Shown: positions 13,396-27,322, counted from the stretch's first letter. The stretch is 64,000 nucleotides of DNA from Negaprion brevirostris (GCA_030324005.1 JARDVH010000121.1:29407481-29471480), one strand, 5' to 3'. The notes: a model not told the origin generated them from the sequence alone. Program-made: numbers and translations.

Positions 13396-14102
13396 AAGTA
13401 GATCTGACTTTTGTCACCATATATAGGTATAACCAAATCCTCAGCATATCCATTTCAGGTTTGCCTTCTATACGATTGGCAAGGAATGATTCAGTTCAAA
13501 GCAAAAACACAACTGCAGCATGGATTCACGTGCACCATTGGCATCTGTCCATAGGGTGCAATATTAACTGGCCCAGTATCTCACGATATTCACGGTATAA
13601 GATTCACCTGTCCCAGGAGTACACTGAAGGGAATGGATGTGGTTAAAAGGCTGCAAGGATAATATTGAACTTAGTGTTGTTTCAGCTGCATCTTTCCAAT
13701 CAAGAATTCTATCTCACTGCTGGTTTAGTCCATCTCTTTGAACTGAACCACACAGCTGTTCTTTGAAATTGTGCAGAATTTGTTTAAATTTAATCCAAGC
13801 TCCATCACAAACTCTGGTAGATATAATCATCACTCATATTTAGACCAATGATGTTTCATAATGTGTGATGCTTCTAGCACACACCATTGAGCTATCACAC
13901 ACTGCATCAAGTGACTTACCTTCAACCAGGAGGCCAAACAACAGCTGTTTCCTATTGTGATGCGTCAGACACTACACAGTAGAAAAATCTCAGACTGTGC
14001 CTNNNNNNNNNNNNNNNNNNNNNNNNNNNNNNNNNNNNNNNNNNNNNNNNNNNNNNNNNNNNNNNNNNNNNNNNNNNNNNNNNNNNNNNNNNNNNNNNNN
14101 NN

Positions 14103-14875
14103 TTATTGAATGGCGGGGCAGGCTCAAAGGGCTGGATGGCCTACTCCTGCTCCTATTTCTTATGTTCTTATGTTCTTACGTCATTAGGCTCACTGGCCGG
14201 TATTCCCAGGTTTTTCCGTACAGCCCTTCTTTAAAAAAGGCACAGCATTTATCATCCTTTAATTTTCAGGCACCCATCTCTGGTTGTTGAAGATTTAAAT
14301 ATTTCTGCTCGGAGACCCACAATTTCCTCGCCAGCCTTCCACAATGTCCTGGGATACACTTCATCAGGTCCTGGGCATTTAACAGTAAATACTGATGAGA
14401 AATATTCATTTAGGACCTCATCCATCTCTTGCGGATCTGCACATAGATGTTAGTCCTTAAGAGGCCCTATTCTCTCCCTAGTTACCCTTTTCCCTTTATG
14501 TATTTGTAGATGTTCTTTGGATTCTCCTTTACCTCATTTGCCAAAGCAATCCCGTGTCCCCTTTTGCCCTCCTAACTTCTCTCTCAACTCTGCAGCAAAA
14601 CCCTCCGTACTCTTCAAGAGATCCACTTAATTCCAGCTGCCTATGAATGTCATATGCCTCCTTATCCTGAGTCATCCAGGGTTCCCTATCTTTGCCAGCC
14701 TTGCTCTTCAATCTAAAAATAATATGCTTTCCCTGATTAACTCACTTTTGAAAGTTTCCCACTTACCAGACATCCCTTTGCCTGCCAACAGATTCCCCCA
14801 ATCAAATTTGAAAGTTCCTATCTAATACCATCAAAATTGGCCTTGCCCCAGATTCAGAATTTTAAATTTTGGGAC
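14103..14875 (-). mobile_element. Decayed CR1 ORF2 fragment, preceded by a short plus-strand CR1 tail
   Basis: Reverse strand gives KDREPWMT..KEAY..REVRRAK, a CR1 ORF2 linker-like sequence. Confidence 0.6.
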
Positions 14876-16839
14876 AGACCTTGTGCTTTAAAAATATCAG
14901 TTAAGAAAGAATTTGAGGTGGATTTTATAAACACCTTATTGAAGATAGCAACAGATATATTTAAGACAAAATACAACAATGAGCATTTTTTAATAAACTT
15001 TGAAATACAAATTCTTCATTGTTTGATTCAGAACTAATTGCCCCCTATAAATTTCAATTAAGGGAAGAAATATCTTTTTTTGTTATGAAAGTAGTACAGG
15101 TGGTTTTCAGGGGGAAATATAATACACCATCTACTGACACGACAGGTAATCATTATAGGTCACTGTTGTTGCCTGCATGAGAATTCCAATTTGAATGTTA
15201 CCTAGCAGTATGACAGCAATACTACAGTTAATTATTACAACTAAAATTAGTTACGTTCATACTAGAATTACAATTGGTATTCATAGTAACTGAAGGGTGT
15301 CTATATAGCTCCACCAACAAACAGTTAATAAAACTAATATAACTATGTGGAAGATAAGGGTCCTATAAAACACTCCTTCTCCCTGGTATCAACTGAAGGT
15401 CCTCCAAATGCCTGGATGTGCACCCTAGCTGCTGATTGGCTTAGCTTCTCATATGACCACTCTATAGGATCCAGCACAATCACGTGGCCCACAAAGGATC
15501 GTCCCTTCAAGGGATCACATTACCACAGGGTTAGAATCTGCAACTGAAGAATTTTAAATATGTATGTAACCCAAATAAGTACTTGGTATCATAGTTGTCT
15601 CTGACTATCAGTGCAAGATTCGAGTATTAGTGAATTAGTGAACACCCTACAAGAGTACATCCCAAAATTGTGCATGCATACTAATACATATTGGTCAATA
15701 TGCTGACACATTAGTAACAGTGTTTTAATCAAGGTGTATGCACAGGAATAATGATACGACAAGCACCCATACAGTTTGCTGCTTTCAAATCATACTACCA
15801 AATCATTGCTTTGGCTCCACAATAACTGCAGCTGTTAAACAACATGACAGGCCCTTGATCAAATCGTGCATACGAAGATAAATCTGTTTCAAAATCTGTA
15901 TAGAGTCTATTAGAGTTAATTGCAAGGGACATGAAATAGAATAGCTGTCAATTAAAATCCAGAGTGACATTTCTACAGATTCAATAATTCAAATGGTGCA
16001 CATAGTTTTATCTTATGGGACTAAGAAAGGCCCCAATTCTGTCAGTTCCATCTATCACACAGCACAGTAATTACCATATTGATTTAAGCCTTACATATTG
16101 TGCTATGATCTGAACAGAGTTTTTAATGGATCTAAACGTAATTGACATAATGTCAAAGGATTACATCTCATGCATTCACAATATTCCAAAGAAGGAAGTC
16201 CAAATAAGCAAAGAGTCAAATAAGTATGGATGACAGGAATGATTGATCTAAAAAAAGTAATGTCCAGGCTATTAGTGATGTGGAAGGTTGCAACTTTGCT
16301 ATGTGACATTAACCTTTGACAGCAAGAATCCAAGATCAAAGTCAGCTCAGGGAGAAAAAATGAAGACCTATTTCAGCTGATGGCATTCTGAGATTTAAAT
16401 GAAATGGGTATGTTTTATCAGTCCACACCACATGCTGCTCTAAATTTGTTATTACAGTAATTGACATGAACAGACAATTTAGCACGCTTACTCAGATGCC
16501 AGAGGACAAATCATATGGGGAAATTAAAGGTCATGTATTGCCTTGAAAAATAATTCTCCAATATAGAAACTCTACTGGACTATTTTGGGAGCATCAGACG
16601 TGATAATATTCATGGAGGTCAATGTAATTTTCTAATTATGATCCTCTGGGATAATTTCAGATCATATCAACGTCATATCTTTGAAACTTTTAAAACATAA
16701 TTTCATCAAATTCAATGAACGCAGTCATGTTGCACGCTGTTGAATCAGCTCTAGTCTGTTTCAGTCTAGCGAGATTACTCCTCCAGCTACTCACGAACAG
16801 GCCACTGGGAATGTCATGTGGGCTCAGATCAAGCAGGTT

Positions 16840-17110
16840 TTCTATTGCATTACCAGCATAAAGTACAATCTGGGGCATTGTCAACATGATTTAAGTAATA
16901 TCTTACGCAGGACAAAATACCTTGAGATGCTTTGCAAGAAGACTGCCAGACATGAAGAAACAAATGGGGAAAATTGTAATGCAGATTTAAGGAAGGCTTT
17001 TGAAAACAACAGAAAGCTAGAGATGTTTAGGAAGAGTTTTCCAAAGGTGTGGCGGCTGACAGCCCTGTCATCAACGGAGGATTGAAGAGAAGCAGAGTTG
17101 CACAGTAAAA
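16840..17110 (-). mobile_element. Decayed L2 LINE 3' end
   Basis: Resembles the L2 3' region at 38550-38685 and 39800-39960. Confidence 0.45.
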
Positions 17111-17394
17111 GACAAATAAACTTGGATTAATTGCATAGAATATGTACAGAAGTAAACCATTTGGCCCAACCAATTCATGTTATCACTAGTACGCCACAAA
17201 GACATCACTGCACCCTTCATCATCTAACTCCATCAGCTAACCTTATACTTATCTGACTTTCCCTTATTAGTGTCTGTATTGCTCACTTCCATGGGTTGAT
17301 GTATCCCACACTCTCACCACACTCTGGGGAAGTTTCTTTCTGAATTCCCTATCTGAGTTCTTGGTGATTATCTTGTATTGATGTAGATAATAGA

Positions 17395-17720
17395 GTAGCA
17401 CCTTGTCACATCCTTAAGCTATTCAAAAATGTTTCACGTCAAAAGTGCAGTCACTGCTGTCATGCAATCAAATTGGCACTTTCATTCGGAATGGCGGTCA
17501 GGAAACTCTTCAAATATTTCTACGGGATTATGTACATTCAGCTAAACAATTACATGAGGGTTTGTTTTAATATTTCATTCAAAATGTAGAAACTGCAACA
17601 AAGGCACTCGCTCAGTGCTGCACTTAAGTGTCAGCGTAGATTATTTGCTGAAGTCCAGCAACGGCGTTTAAGCCCATAAATCTCTGACTCAGTGACAAGA
17701 TTAAATCCCATGGAGCCAAA
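17395..17720 (-). mobile_element. Old DeuSINE/SacSINE1-like SINE
   Basis: Contains GCACTCGCTCAGTGCTGCAC..GTGTCAGCGTAGATTA and TCTGACTCAG blocks related to 47460-48045. Confidence 0.55.
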
Positions 17721-17790
17721 GTGAGTATTGGCTTTAAATTACATCAATTTAGGGCCACCTAAATTGATGCAATTTCAAGCCACTACACAC
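17721..17790. repeat. Imperfect palindrome/hairpin with 29-bp arms and a 4-nt loop
   Basis: GTATTGGCTTTAAATTACATCAATTTAGG-gcca-CCTAAATTGATGCAATTTCAAGCCACTAC (17725-17786), 3 mismatches. Confidence 0.9.
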
Positions 17791-18245
17791 AAACTCCCAC
17801 TTATACAACCAGAACCAGCATTCATTCATCCATACTCGAGGAAAAGGAGGGTATGATTATTTGACATGAAATGTAAACTGCTATTCCTTCTCTTCCCCCA
17901 ACCCTCCCATCCCCAAATGTATTGCCTGATGTGTCTCCACATTAAAAATGACATGTTCTACCTGTTTACCTGTTCTGCTGAATTGCTCCAGTCTTCTTGA
18001 ATTCTTTTACTGTCTTCTTTACCATTTACTGAGCATCCCAATTTTGCTTCAGGCTTTGAGATGGGGTTCCCGAGTACAAATCATCCATAAACAGGTCAAG
18101 AAAAGCGCACCCGTCGCTGAGCCCGATATACGTCACTTCTGAACTTTTGTCAGTTTAAGGAACGCTGATCCAGCCTAATACTTTGCTTTGTGTCTAAACA
18201 ACACTCTAACCAGGCTGTTACATTTCCTTCTACATCAGAAACATT

Positions 18246-18355
18246 GGGTGGAGTTTATCGGCCCCACCAAAGATACAATGAGCTGTTCAAAACTTCATTG
18301 ACTTCACTGGGACTGGAAGTTTCTCCCAGCTGGGAGGGGCCATAAAATTCCACCC
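18246..18355. mobile_element. Short MITE with terminal inverted repeats and 3-bp TSD (ATT)
   Basis: GGGTGGAGTTTATCGGCCCC ... GGGGCCATAAAATTCCACCC, flanked by ATT on both sides. Confidence 0.75.
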
Positions 18356-19299
18356 ATTTTTTTTATAACATGCATCTTGTCAGATGACCTATCCAGTGGC
18401 TTCAGTAAATCCATATACACCACATTTACAACAAGTCACTTCAGTAAATCCATACACAACACATCTTCAAAGACTATGTTAACTTTATGAAACATGATAT
18501 AACTTTAACAAATGAAGGCTGGCAGATCTTGATTAACCTAAAAAAAAGAAAATGCTGGATAAGCTCAACAGGTCTGGCAGCATGAGTGGACAAACAGTTA
18601 ACATTTTGAGTCCATATGACCCTTTATTTCAGATTTTTAAGCATGTGAACTATTTTAATTGATTAACCTGAGTTTGGCGGAAAAGCTCACTAAATTTACT
18701 TCAACATTTGGATTCTATGATTTTGTCTGCAGCAGGTGTTAAATCAACAGATTTGTAATTATCTAGGTTTTTCTTCTAACCCTTCTTGCACAAGAATGTT
18801 GCACCAAATCATCTTCACATAAATATGTAACTTGTGACATTTAACAAGGTTTGAAATATTGCTGTCAGACTCTTAGCTAAATCATCTGATTCTTTCAACA
18901 GTCAAGGGTCTATGCCACAATTCAGATCCAGTGATGGATCCATCCTCACTTCTGATCACTGTCAGGTTCGATTCCTTTTCTTCAGTTAATTATATCAGTT
19001 GGTCATATCCACACCAGCAAGTTGCTTCTAATTTCAGATCAATCATATGTATAAACTAAAGCAAAACATTTGACACCCCTATGCTCAACAATATAGCTTC
19101 ATTATCCATTGGTGTTCATGTCAGCGTGGTTCTGGCGTCACTTTAATTCTTTTACTTTTCACATACTTCCAAACAATCCCTAATATTTCCACTTATAATA
19201 TCTCCCATCATCCTTACATTCTTCTCATCTTCCTGCTACATTAGTTATTACCTTCAGTGTTATCAGCTTTTTTTTTAATGTTTCAATCTGAGTATTGCT

Positions 19300-19710
19300 C
19301 AAAAAAAAGGCTTGCTAGTGAAGTTTTTCATCTTGCACTCATCAGGACAGCTTGCAAGTGAAACCACAATGAAGGGAACAACAACGGAAACAACACGAGA
19401 AGAGACTGCTGATTGGTTAATATAGATATTACTATGGAGAATGCAGCAGAGAACCGTTAACTTCAACACTTCCGTTTAAATTCAAATCGGGCAGCTGAAT
19501 AATGATTGGTCATATTGCCATCAGGAATGAACCAGGGAATGGATGTATTTCAAACTCTTGTTCAGCTAGAAAATGTGCAATGTGTAGACATGCTCTTGTA
19601 TGCAAAAGTCACAGACTGTGTATGAATATATGTGGTGACTAGCTCACATAAGTGAACCACACTAGAGCCTGAAAGCTAAACAAATTGGTTTAATTCTCAG
19701 CACAATCAGC
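19300..19710 (-). mobile_element. Penelope-like element family C 3' fragment with decayed hammerhead
   Basis: Reverse strand has a degraded GIY-YIG C-terminus (..YIHTQ..QEHVYTLHIF*) and GTCCTGATGAGTGCAAGATGAAAAACTTC at ~19320-19348. Confidence 0.65.
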
Positions 19711-20074
19711 ACTAGCCAGGGTGGGGTGAGGGGGAGAGAATCGCCCCCATTATCTTTGATCCTGTGGTCAAGTCCTGGATACGTGGGAAATTGGAGAACC
19801 CTGAAAATGGATGCAAGGATCACAAATGCATGATTAACCCATCCTTGTTGATTGAAATGTCAGCAGGACACTAACTTAGCCCTATACCATGGTGCATTAA
19901 CATGATTTGTGCAGTCAATATTTCCTATGCTGTATCCTAGCTGCACACATCAGCAAGTAACAAAATATCATTAGTGCCCAGCACTACTTCATGCTAGATT
20001 GCACCATTTAAAAGGGTGGTGCATTGTGACTGCTGTGGTGCTGAGATCATTCTGATTAATCTGGTGTGAAAGAA

Positions 20075-20385
20075 GAATCTGTAATCTCCTCCAGCTCTTC
20101 AAATCGCTAATAAGATAGCAATGCTCCTCTAATTCTGACCTCTTGTGCATCTCACATAATTGTTCTGCCATTGGTGGCAATGCCATCAGTTGCTTCGGCC
20201 CTATGTGCTAGAATACCCTCCCTCCATCTCTACCTTGCTTTCCACCAATAGACATTCCTTAAAATGTATCTCTTTGATCAAACCTTTGGTCATCTAACCA
20301 ACTATTTCTCACATGATTCACAGTTTTATAATGCTGCTGTGAAGCACCTTGTTTCATTATGTTAAAGCCACATATATATATATAT
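20075..20385 (+). mobile_element. L2 LINE 3' end
   Basis: CCATTGGTGGC..TGCC.TCAG.TGC..GGCCCT and CTCTTTGATCAAACCTTTGGTCA..GTGAAGCACCTTG, the typical fish L2 3' region. Confidence 0.7.
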
Positions 20386-20389
20386 AGTG

Positions 20390-23043
20390 TAAGTTTTTGG
20401 ATGCGAGACTGGAGCCTTGGCAGAAAGGGTAGAAAGAGAATGCACCATCCCTTGGTAGAGCAGTGGGCCGGGAGGAGGAGAGGTAGCTGAATGCAGGTGC
20501 TTTTTCAGGAGGTATTGTGTATTCAAAGTAAATAACCCTTGTTGCCTTTTTTTTTCACTCAAGAAATGGCAGCTGCCCATGAAGTGGAGGCTGAACAAGA
20601 AGAATGTGAAGATGACAGTCATTCAATTTCATGCTCACAGTGTGCTGGGTACAAGTGTGCCAGAGTGCGGGCGGGGGAAAAAGACAGCACAGCTGCCAGC
20701 TTACTAGAGGATTCTGATGATTATTTGATGGGCCAGGCTGCTTAAGCAAGCTGACAGCTCTTACAATGAGACATTTGGCACATTGGGAAACCTGCCTAAA
20801 AGCCTATGTTCAGTTTCAAGAAGCATGAAGAAGTGCAGCACCAGCTTGCCACTTAGACAGAACATGGAGTCCTCCTTTCCAACATGGTGACCATCTCTGG
20901 CATCACGCCCATGAAGTCAACCATGGTTCTGATGGCGGATGTCTCAGTTTCCATAGCAGCACAATCAGTATCACCCAATGTCCGAGCGATGTGGTGCAAG
21001 TTCAGGCTGTAGTCATGCAGTCACAGCTTGCTGACAATGGAAACTCAAGCCGCTACAATCGGGGGTCTTGACACCAGTATGAATAATAGGGCTTCAAGAG
21101 CATCACAACGTTCCAGCATTCTGTTTGACACCGCACATCTCATATGATCTCCTGCTGAGTGCCTTTCTCCTCCTCCTTCATTTAGCAGCTCATTTAGATC
21201 CTTGTGGCATTTGCTCATTCTCCCAGTCACACTCAGTACCAAGAAGCCACCCCATGAAAAAACTTGTGTGTCGAAGAAACTGGTTTCTGCACAAGCCTTT
21301 AAGTTAACAAAAAAATACTTCGACACTAGCCGAACTGTGAAAACTTATACCAACTGTTAAAATTCATATCTTGTATATTTTTGTTTAGAGATGTGGATGA
21401 ATAATGTGACAGGGTAGCCATTTAACTTTTAATGAAAGGATAATGCATTTAAACAAGTAAAGATTAATTATGCTACAACATCCTTTCACCCCAGCTATAC
21501 CCTTACAGATGCATACAGATTTAGGCACAATAAAGTTACAAAATGGATCTTCCACTCTAAAGTTCTCAGTAATTATGCAGACAATGTAAACCGATCAATG
21601 GAATATCTTTAGACACTGAAGCTAAGTGACAGGTGCTGCTCAATACAATTTCCATTGATTTCACATCAGATCCCCCCATATGCTTGCCAGTGACCCAACT
21701 GCTCTCACTGGAAGTCTAGATCCCACATGAGGGTCTCTAAACTCTGCTTTCAAAGAACATGCTTGAAATCTTCTCCCAAATAATGTTTTCTCTCAGATGC
21801 CTTCAGCAAGGTTCCTCACCAAGGATCCACATCCAGGATTTCAACCTCTCCTTTCAATACTCCTCTGTCCTGAAACACCATGTGCATCCAATCTTTCAAG
21901 TACCCAATTAAACCAACAGTACACCAACAGTTTCACAGGCTGTATTGAGGTATTACAACCTTAGGATTGTTTCAGATGTCTAATTTTACAATAGTTGACT
22001 TCCCAAAGCACACACCTTGCAGCTCCATCTTTAACCGTGATCCTCTCTCTCTCTCTCTATCCCTGCTCCTGACTTTACCGAACAGAACCCATTTCCAGAT
22101 TTCTGTTCTTTGTCCCTTTGATTCAGTCTTCCTGAGACTTCTCTTTTCATTTCCTGGTTTCTAGAGCTCTCTCTTCTTTAGCTTCTGGGGCTTGCTTTCT
22201 GCCCCTTACTTCATTGTCCAGCCTGTGCTGGAAGTTTCTGAGAGAGCTGCTTTCTGCTCAGAGGCCGGATTCCAAACTAAACTCAATGCTTCTGCTGTTG
22301 AGTGTGAACTTCTGGTTGCTAAGCAACAGCTTAATTTCACATTGTAAAGCTTGATTACAATATGGGCAAAATTTTAAAGTGGAACTAAAACCTATAGACA
22401 TGTGGGCACCCTTGGTTAATATGAAGCTAAACTAAAGTTTTAACCCTTAGCGCAGAGATATAGAAACAAAAATTAAATTTAAACTTTTACCTTATTTCTA
22501 ATACACACAAATATAAATCCTTTAAAATATCTCTATTTCCTCACTATTTCCTCTCTATTTCCTTGTGAAAAACAAGCAAAATGTATAAAATGGCAGCAAC
22601 AAGAAATAATCCATCAACTAACCTGTAAGCATCTGATGATCACTTTGAATAGCACTGGTAGTGGAATCCTTTATACTTTTGAACAGGTGTTAAGCTTTTC
22701 AAGAGAGGATGTAGGCTGAAACATGGAACTTCAAAAAATGGCAATGTTGTCATCAAATCAGTGTTAGATGCTGATTGAGGTCATGTTCTTCCTGCTCTGC
22801 GTGCTGCTGGTTGCCATTCGGTGTATGCATCCAACACCTTTACAAACATGGCACCCAACGCACTTCCCAGTTGTAGCGTGCTTGTGGGTCGTGGACAACA
22901 TTTTGGTAGCTTAGGCCATGGAGCACCCAAAATCAGGCACCACAAAGCCCATTTTCACCACCATAATCCGCTCATGCAAAGGCACGCATGCTACTATTGG
23001 AGCAAGCTGAGAGAAGGTGCAAACTTTATGCCCTCGACCCTGT
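20390..23043. mobile_element. Decayed PIF/Harbinger-like transposon (Myb-like ORF relic on +, HARBI1-like N-terminal relic on -), interrupted by an LTR-like insert
   Basis: Plus-strand acidic coding-like stretch (EDSDDYLMG) at 20570-20900 and minus-strand RRRRKALSRRSY at ~21140-21180. Heavily degraded; assignment is from recall. Confidence 0.35.
21336..22563. mobile_element. Solo-LTR-like repeat, copy 1
   Basis: Colinear with 35832-37725. Shared blocks include ATCCACATCCAGGATTTCAACCTCT, TTCACAGG.TGTATT.AGGT and CTGGTTG.TAAGCAACAG. Confidence 0.6.
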
Positions 23044-24549
23044 AGCATATTTTTCTTTTGCCAGAGAAAGCTGTAGGGAATGTGTATCTTCTTGTATTTT
23101 ATATTTTTTGCTTTTTTTATATATATTGTGTATTTTGCATGCGTTCCTGGTAGATGAATGGTTAATTTGAGTTGCATGCTTAGGACACATGGTTTATATT
23201 ACTTGGATCAAATCAAAGTCACACTGTAATGTGAAGGACATCTAGCCTAAGTGAATTGAGTCAAATCCACGTCACACTGTAACAGAAATGTACAGTGTGA
23301 ATTGTAAAAGGGAAGTAGGTCAGATGATTAAAACTATATTACTAGTTGTAATCAAAGGAGATGCTTTGAAATGAACAGATCAATGGATTTGAGCTATAAC
23401 TAAGTGTGTATAAGGGTTACTAAGTCCAGCAAATAAATGTCATTTGGAAAAAAATTAATGATGGACAAGTTTTGAGGATATCTTGTTTATGGGTCTGTTA
23501 TAAAATGGAATAGTAAGATCAAAAATATGACAGCAATCTCAGAAAACAGCATGAGCCCTGGTGGCAGAGGATAAATACAGAGAGTGAAAACAGGTTCAGA
23601 TTTGAAGATGTGGTGTGGAATTCTCCATTTTCTGCACCTAGTGTGGTAGCTTCCCCAGCTCCTTTCCTGCTGGCCAGAATGGCGGGATTTCCATAATGAA
23701 ACCTCATTAAGAATTCCCTTTTCAATCACCTGGCAAGTTGGCAGCCGGTCTGTCTGTCAGCTATTGAGTTTGAAGGTCCTGACGCCAAATTTAAATACTG
23801 ATCTCTCCAGCCCAGCTGCCTTCACCAGATCCTGCAGGATATCAGGAAGCCTCATGGAAAAGGTTCGCAGCCTCAGGAGGAAGTCAGTTCCTCGACTGAA
23901 CCACCCGCCAACCAAACCCATCAACTGTGAGGCACACCCACTCCCCACTTGGGCCTCTACCCACTGCATCTGGAATCTTCAACCATCCCCTTCAAGTGAT
24001 ACCCCTTTTGACTCATGTGTTTGTCTGTGTATCGCAGATCAGCCTTTCTCCCCTGGATCTTCCATGTGCCTTCCACTGTTCATCTTTTTCATCCACCTCC
24101 TTGCCTCCCTCTCCCTCACCCACCACCCCCCCCAATCCCTGCTTGTCATCATGATCCTTGTTNNNNNNNNNNNNNNNNNNNNNNNNNNNNNNNNNNNNNN
24201 NNNNNNNNNNNNNNNNNNNNNNNNNNNNNNNNNNNNNNNNNNNNNNNNNNCTACCACCACCATCCCTGCCTTCTGCAGACCACTGTCTATTAATTGGATC
24301 TTAAACTGATGTCATTTCACCCTGGTGTAATGCAAGATTGGAGGGGCCTCAACTGTTTTAATGACCATTCATAAGAAGCAAATGAATGCAAATGGCATTC
24401 ACACCAGTAGAAGACTGATCCACCACTTGGAGAAATTTACACCAACAGGTTTCTGACTTTCAGGCATCCACCAGATTTTCTGCACCTGTCATCACCAAAC
24501 TCGCCATGGGTGGTATGAAAGTATTTCACCCTTAGGGAGAGAAAGAGGA

Positions 24550-24882
24550 AGATAGTCAATATATTTTCCCAAAGGTACGGGAGTCTAAAATTAGAGGGCA
24601 TAGTTTTAAGGTGAAACGGGAGAGATACAAAAACATCCAGAGGAACAGTTTTTTCATGCAGAGAGTAGTAAGTGTCTGGAACAAGCTGCCAGAGGTATAG
24701 TAGAGGCTGGTGCAATTTTGTCTTTTAAAAAGTGTTTAGACAGTTACATGGGTAAGATGGGTGTAGAGGGATATGGGCCAAATGCAGGCAATTAGGATTA
24801 GCTTAGGGGTTTAAAAAAAAAGGCAGCATGGACAATTTGGGCCGAAGATTCTGTTTCCATAATTTAAAACTCTATGACTCTA
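24550..24882 (+). mobile_element. CR1 LINE 3' end
   Basis: Encodes PKVRESKIRGHSFKVKRERYK..RGTVFS, followed by a tail ending CTCTATGACTCTA. Confidence 0.85.
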
Positions 24883-26089
24883 AGTCACAAGCCGTCTACT
24901 TCCACTGCATGCGAGAACTATTCAAATTCTAGGATATTAAATCACTTTGCTCAGTATAACTTGGACAGTTTCATAAATTGTCCTGCAGTCCTGCATTAAG
25001 TGCTACCTTAACTGAAATATAATGTCACAAAACCGCATAATGAATCGACAAGTAATCTGTAACCACCTCTGCTAAAATTATGAGTGAGTTGAGAAACTGA
25101 TCACCAGGGAAATTTGCACAGAATCCCATAAATGGCATTGCACTCTCTTGATGCCAAAAATCATTAACTTATTGCCAGAGCAGAAGACTTCTGAACTACC
25201 AGTTTAAACTTCATTCAATTCTGATCAGTTGATTTAGATTTTTACAAAATACTTCAGGTCCTCTCTCAGATGTTTCAGTGGATCCTCTACTTTGGAAAAT
25301 GTCACAGTATACATACAATGGGGCAGTTGCCATATTATCTGTTATGGCTGGAGTAATACAGGCAATGATATGACACATAGTTTACACTTTACATTTCATA
25401 GATCTTTCGCATCAGACCATTGGCAATAAATGTACGTTCCTCATGGACCATCACCATGGCAAAGTTCAAACTAAGAAATTGAGATATTCTTTTTTATGCT
25501 TAATGCATTCAGAAATTTCTCCCCAATAATCTTCAAAGCACTATCCCACTTTTTGCGCCAACTCATTTACATTTCAGGAAATAGGATTAATCAAAATTTG
25601 AATTAATCCAAATTCTCATTTCTAATTATCAGTGTTGCCTTTGTAAAAAATAAATAGCACTGGGGGTGGTAGAGTCATTTGTTTATTTCAAATGGGTAAA
25701 CATTCACTGGAGGCAACTTAGAATGTGACCCATGAAAGGGTTACTACTTTTTTCCTAGGGAATATCCCGGTTTTGGGAAAAAGGGTCCCGTTTAAAAGAC
25801 AGGCTACTGGTCCCAAGACAAAAAAGTTCAAAACTTTTCCAATTTTAAACCAAATATCAACCTCTCACAACAGAGACCAGTGATCACCTGATCACTGGCT
25901 CTGAACTGTCAAGAGGGAGGATGATATCCACTGGCTCATATGAACAAGGAGATGATAGGGATCATCGGAAGGTAGCTTGCATATCGCTTCATGTTCATAA
26001 TTGAGAGTTCCCATTGTCCCGTAATACCAGTTGCACGAGGGGTAGGGAACATGGTGAGATGGCAGTATAGTGGTATTATCACTAGATGG

Positions 26090-27322
26090 AAACATGGAAA
26101 TGTATAAGATAGGAGCAGGCAGAGGCCATTTGGCCCTTTGAGCCTGCTCTACCATTCATCATGATCATGGCTGATCATCCAACTCAATAGCCTATTCCTG
26201 CTTTTTCCCCATAACCTTTGATCCCATTCACCCCAAGTGCTATATCCAGCCACTTCTTGAATACACTCAATGTTTTGGCATCAACCACTTCCTGTGGTAA
26301 CGAATTCCACAGACTCACCACTCTGTGGATGAAGAAATGTCTTTTCATCTCCATTCTAAATGGAATATCCTGAATCCTCAGACTGTGACCCTTGGTTCTG
26401 GACTCTCCCATCATCGGGAATATCCTCCCTGCATCTATCCTGATTAGACCCTTTAGAACTTCGTAGGTCTCTATGAGATCCCCCCTCATTTCTCTGAACT
26501 CCAGTGAAAACAATTGTCTAGTCAATCTTGCCTCATATATCAGTCCCGCCATCCCCGGAATCAACCTGGTGAACCTTCGCTGCACTCCCTTGAGAGCAAG
26601 AACATCCTTCTTCAGAAAAGGAGACCAAAACTGCATACAATACTCTAGGTGTGGCCTCACCAAGGCCTTGTATATTTGCAACAACACATCCCTGATTCTG
26701 TACGTGAAACCTCTCACAAATGAAGGCCAACATGCCATTTGCCTTCTTTACTGCCTGCTGCACCTGCATGCTTACCTTCAGCGACTGGTGCACAAGGACA
26801 CTCAGGTCCTGCTTCACACTCCCCTCTCCCAATTTACAGCCATTCAGGTTGTAATCTGCCTTCTTGTTTTTGCTTCCAAAGTGAATAACCTCATACCTTA
26901 TCCAAATTATACTGCATCTGCCATTGATTAGCCCACTCACCCAACCTGTCTGGTCACCCTGAAGGGTCTCTGCATCCTCATTCACCCTCCCACCCAACTT
27001 GGTATCATCTGCAGTCTCTGAGATGTTACATTTTGTTCTCTCATCCAAATCATTAATATATATTGTGAATAGCTGAGGTCCCAGCACCGATCCCTGTAAC
27101 ACCCCATTAGTTACTGCTTGACAATTTGAAAAACACCCATTAATTTCTACTCTTTGTTTCCTCTCTTCCAAACAGCTTTCTATCCATCTTAATATACTTC
27201 CTCCAACCCCATGTGCTTTAATCTTGCGCAATAATCTCTTGTGCGGGACTTTCTGAAAATCCAAATATACCACATCTACTGGTTCCCCCTTGTCAACTCT
27301 ACTAGTTACATCGTCAAAAGAA
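26090..27322 (-). mobile_element. CR1 LINE ORF2 (reverse transcriptase C-terminal half) and 3' UTR, frameshifted
   Basis: ORFs 26533..27378 and 26184..26738 contain [54 protein letters not shown] and RVVSLWNSLP. Confidence 0.95.

Noticed and set aside
15250-15527. Possible short solo LTR ending TTACCACA
   Set aside because: Single copy in the window, with no clear TSD or second terminus.
18400-18470. Repeat-spacer (CRISPR-like) structure from CTTCAGTAAATCCATA repeated at period 39, and the 10850 duplication
   Set aside because: Only two units each, eukaryotic context, no spacers or cas genes; these are simple tandem duplications.
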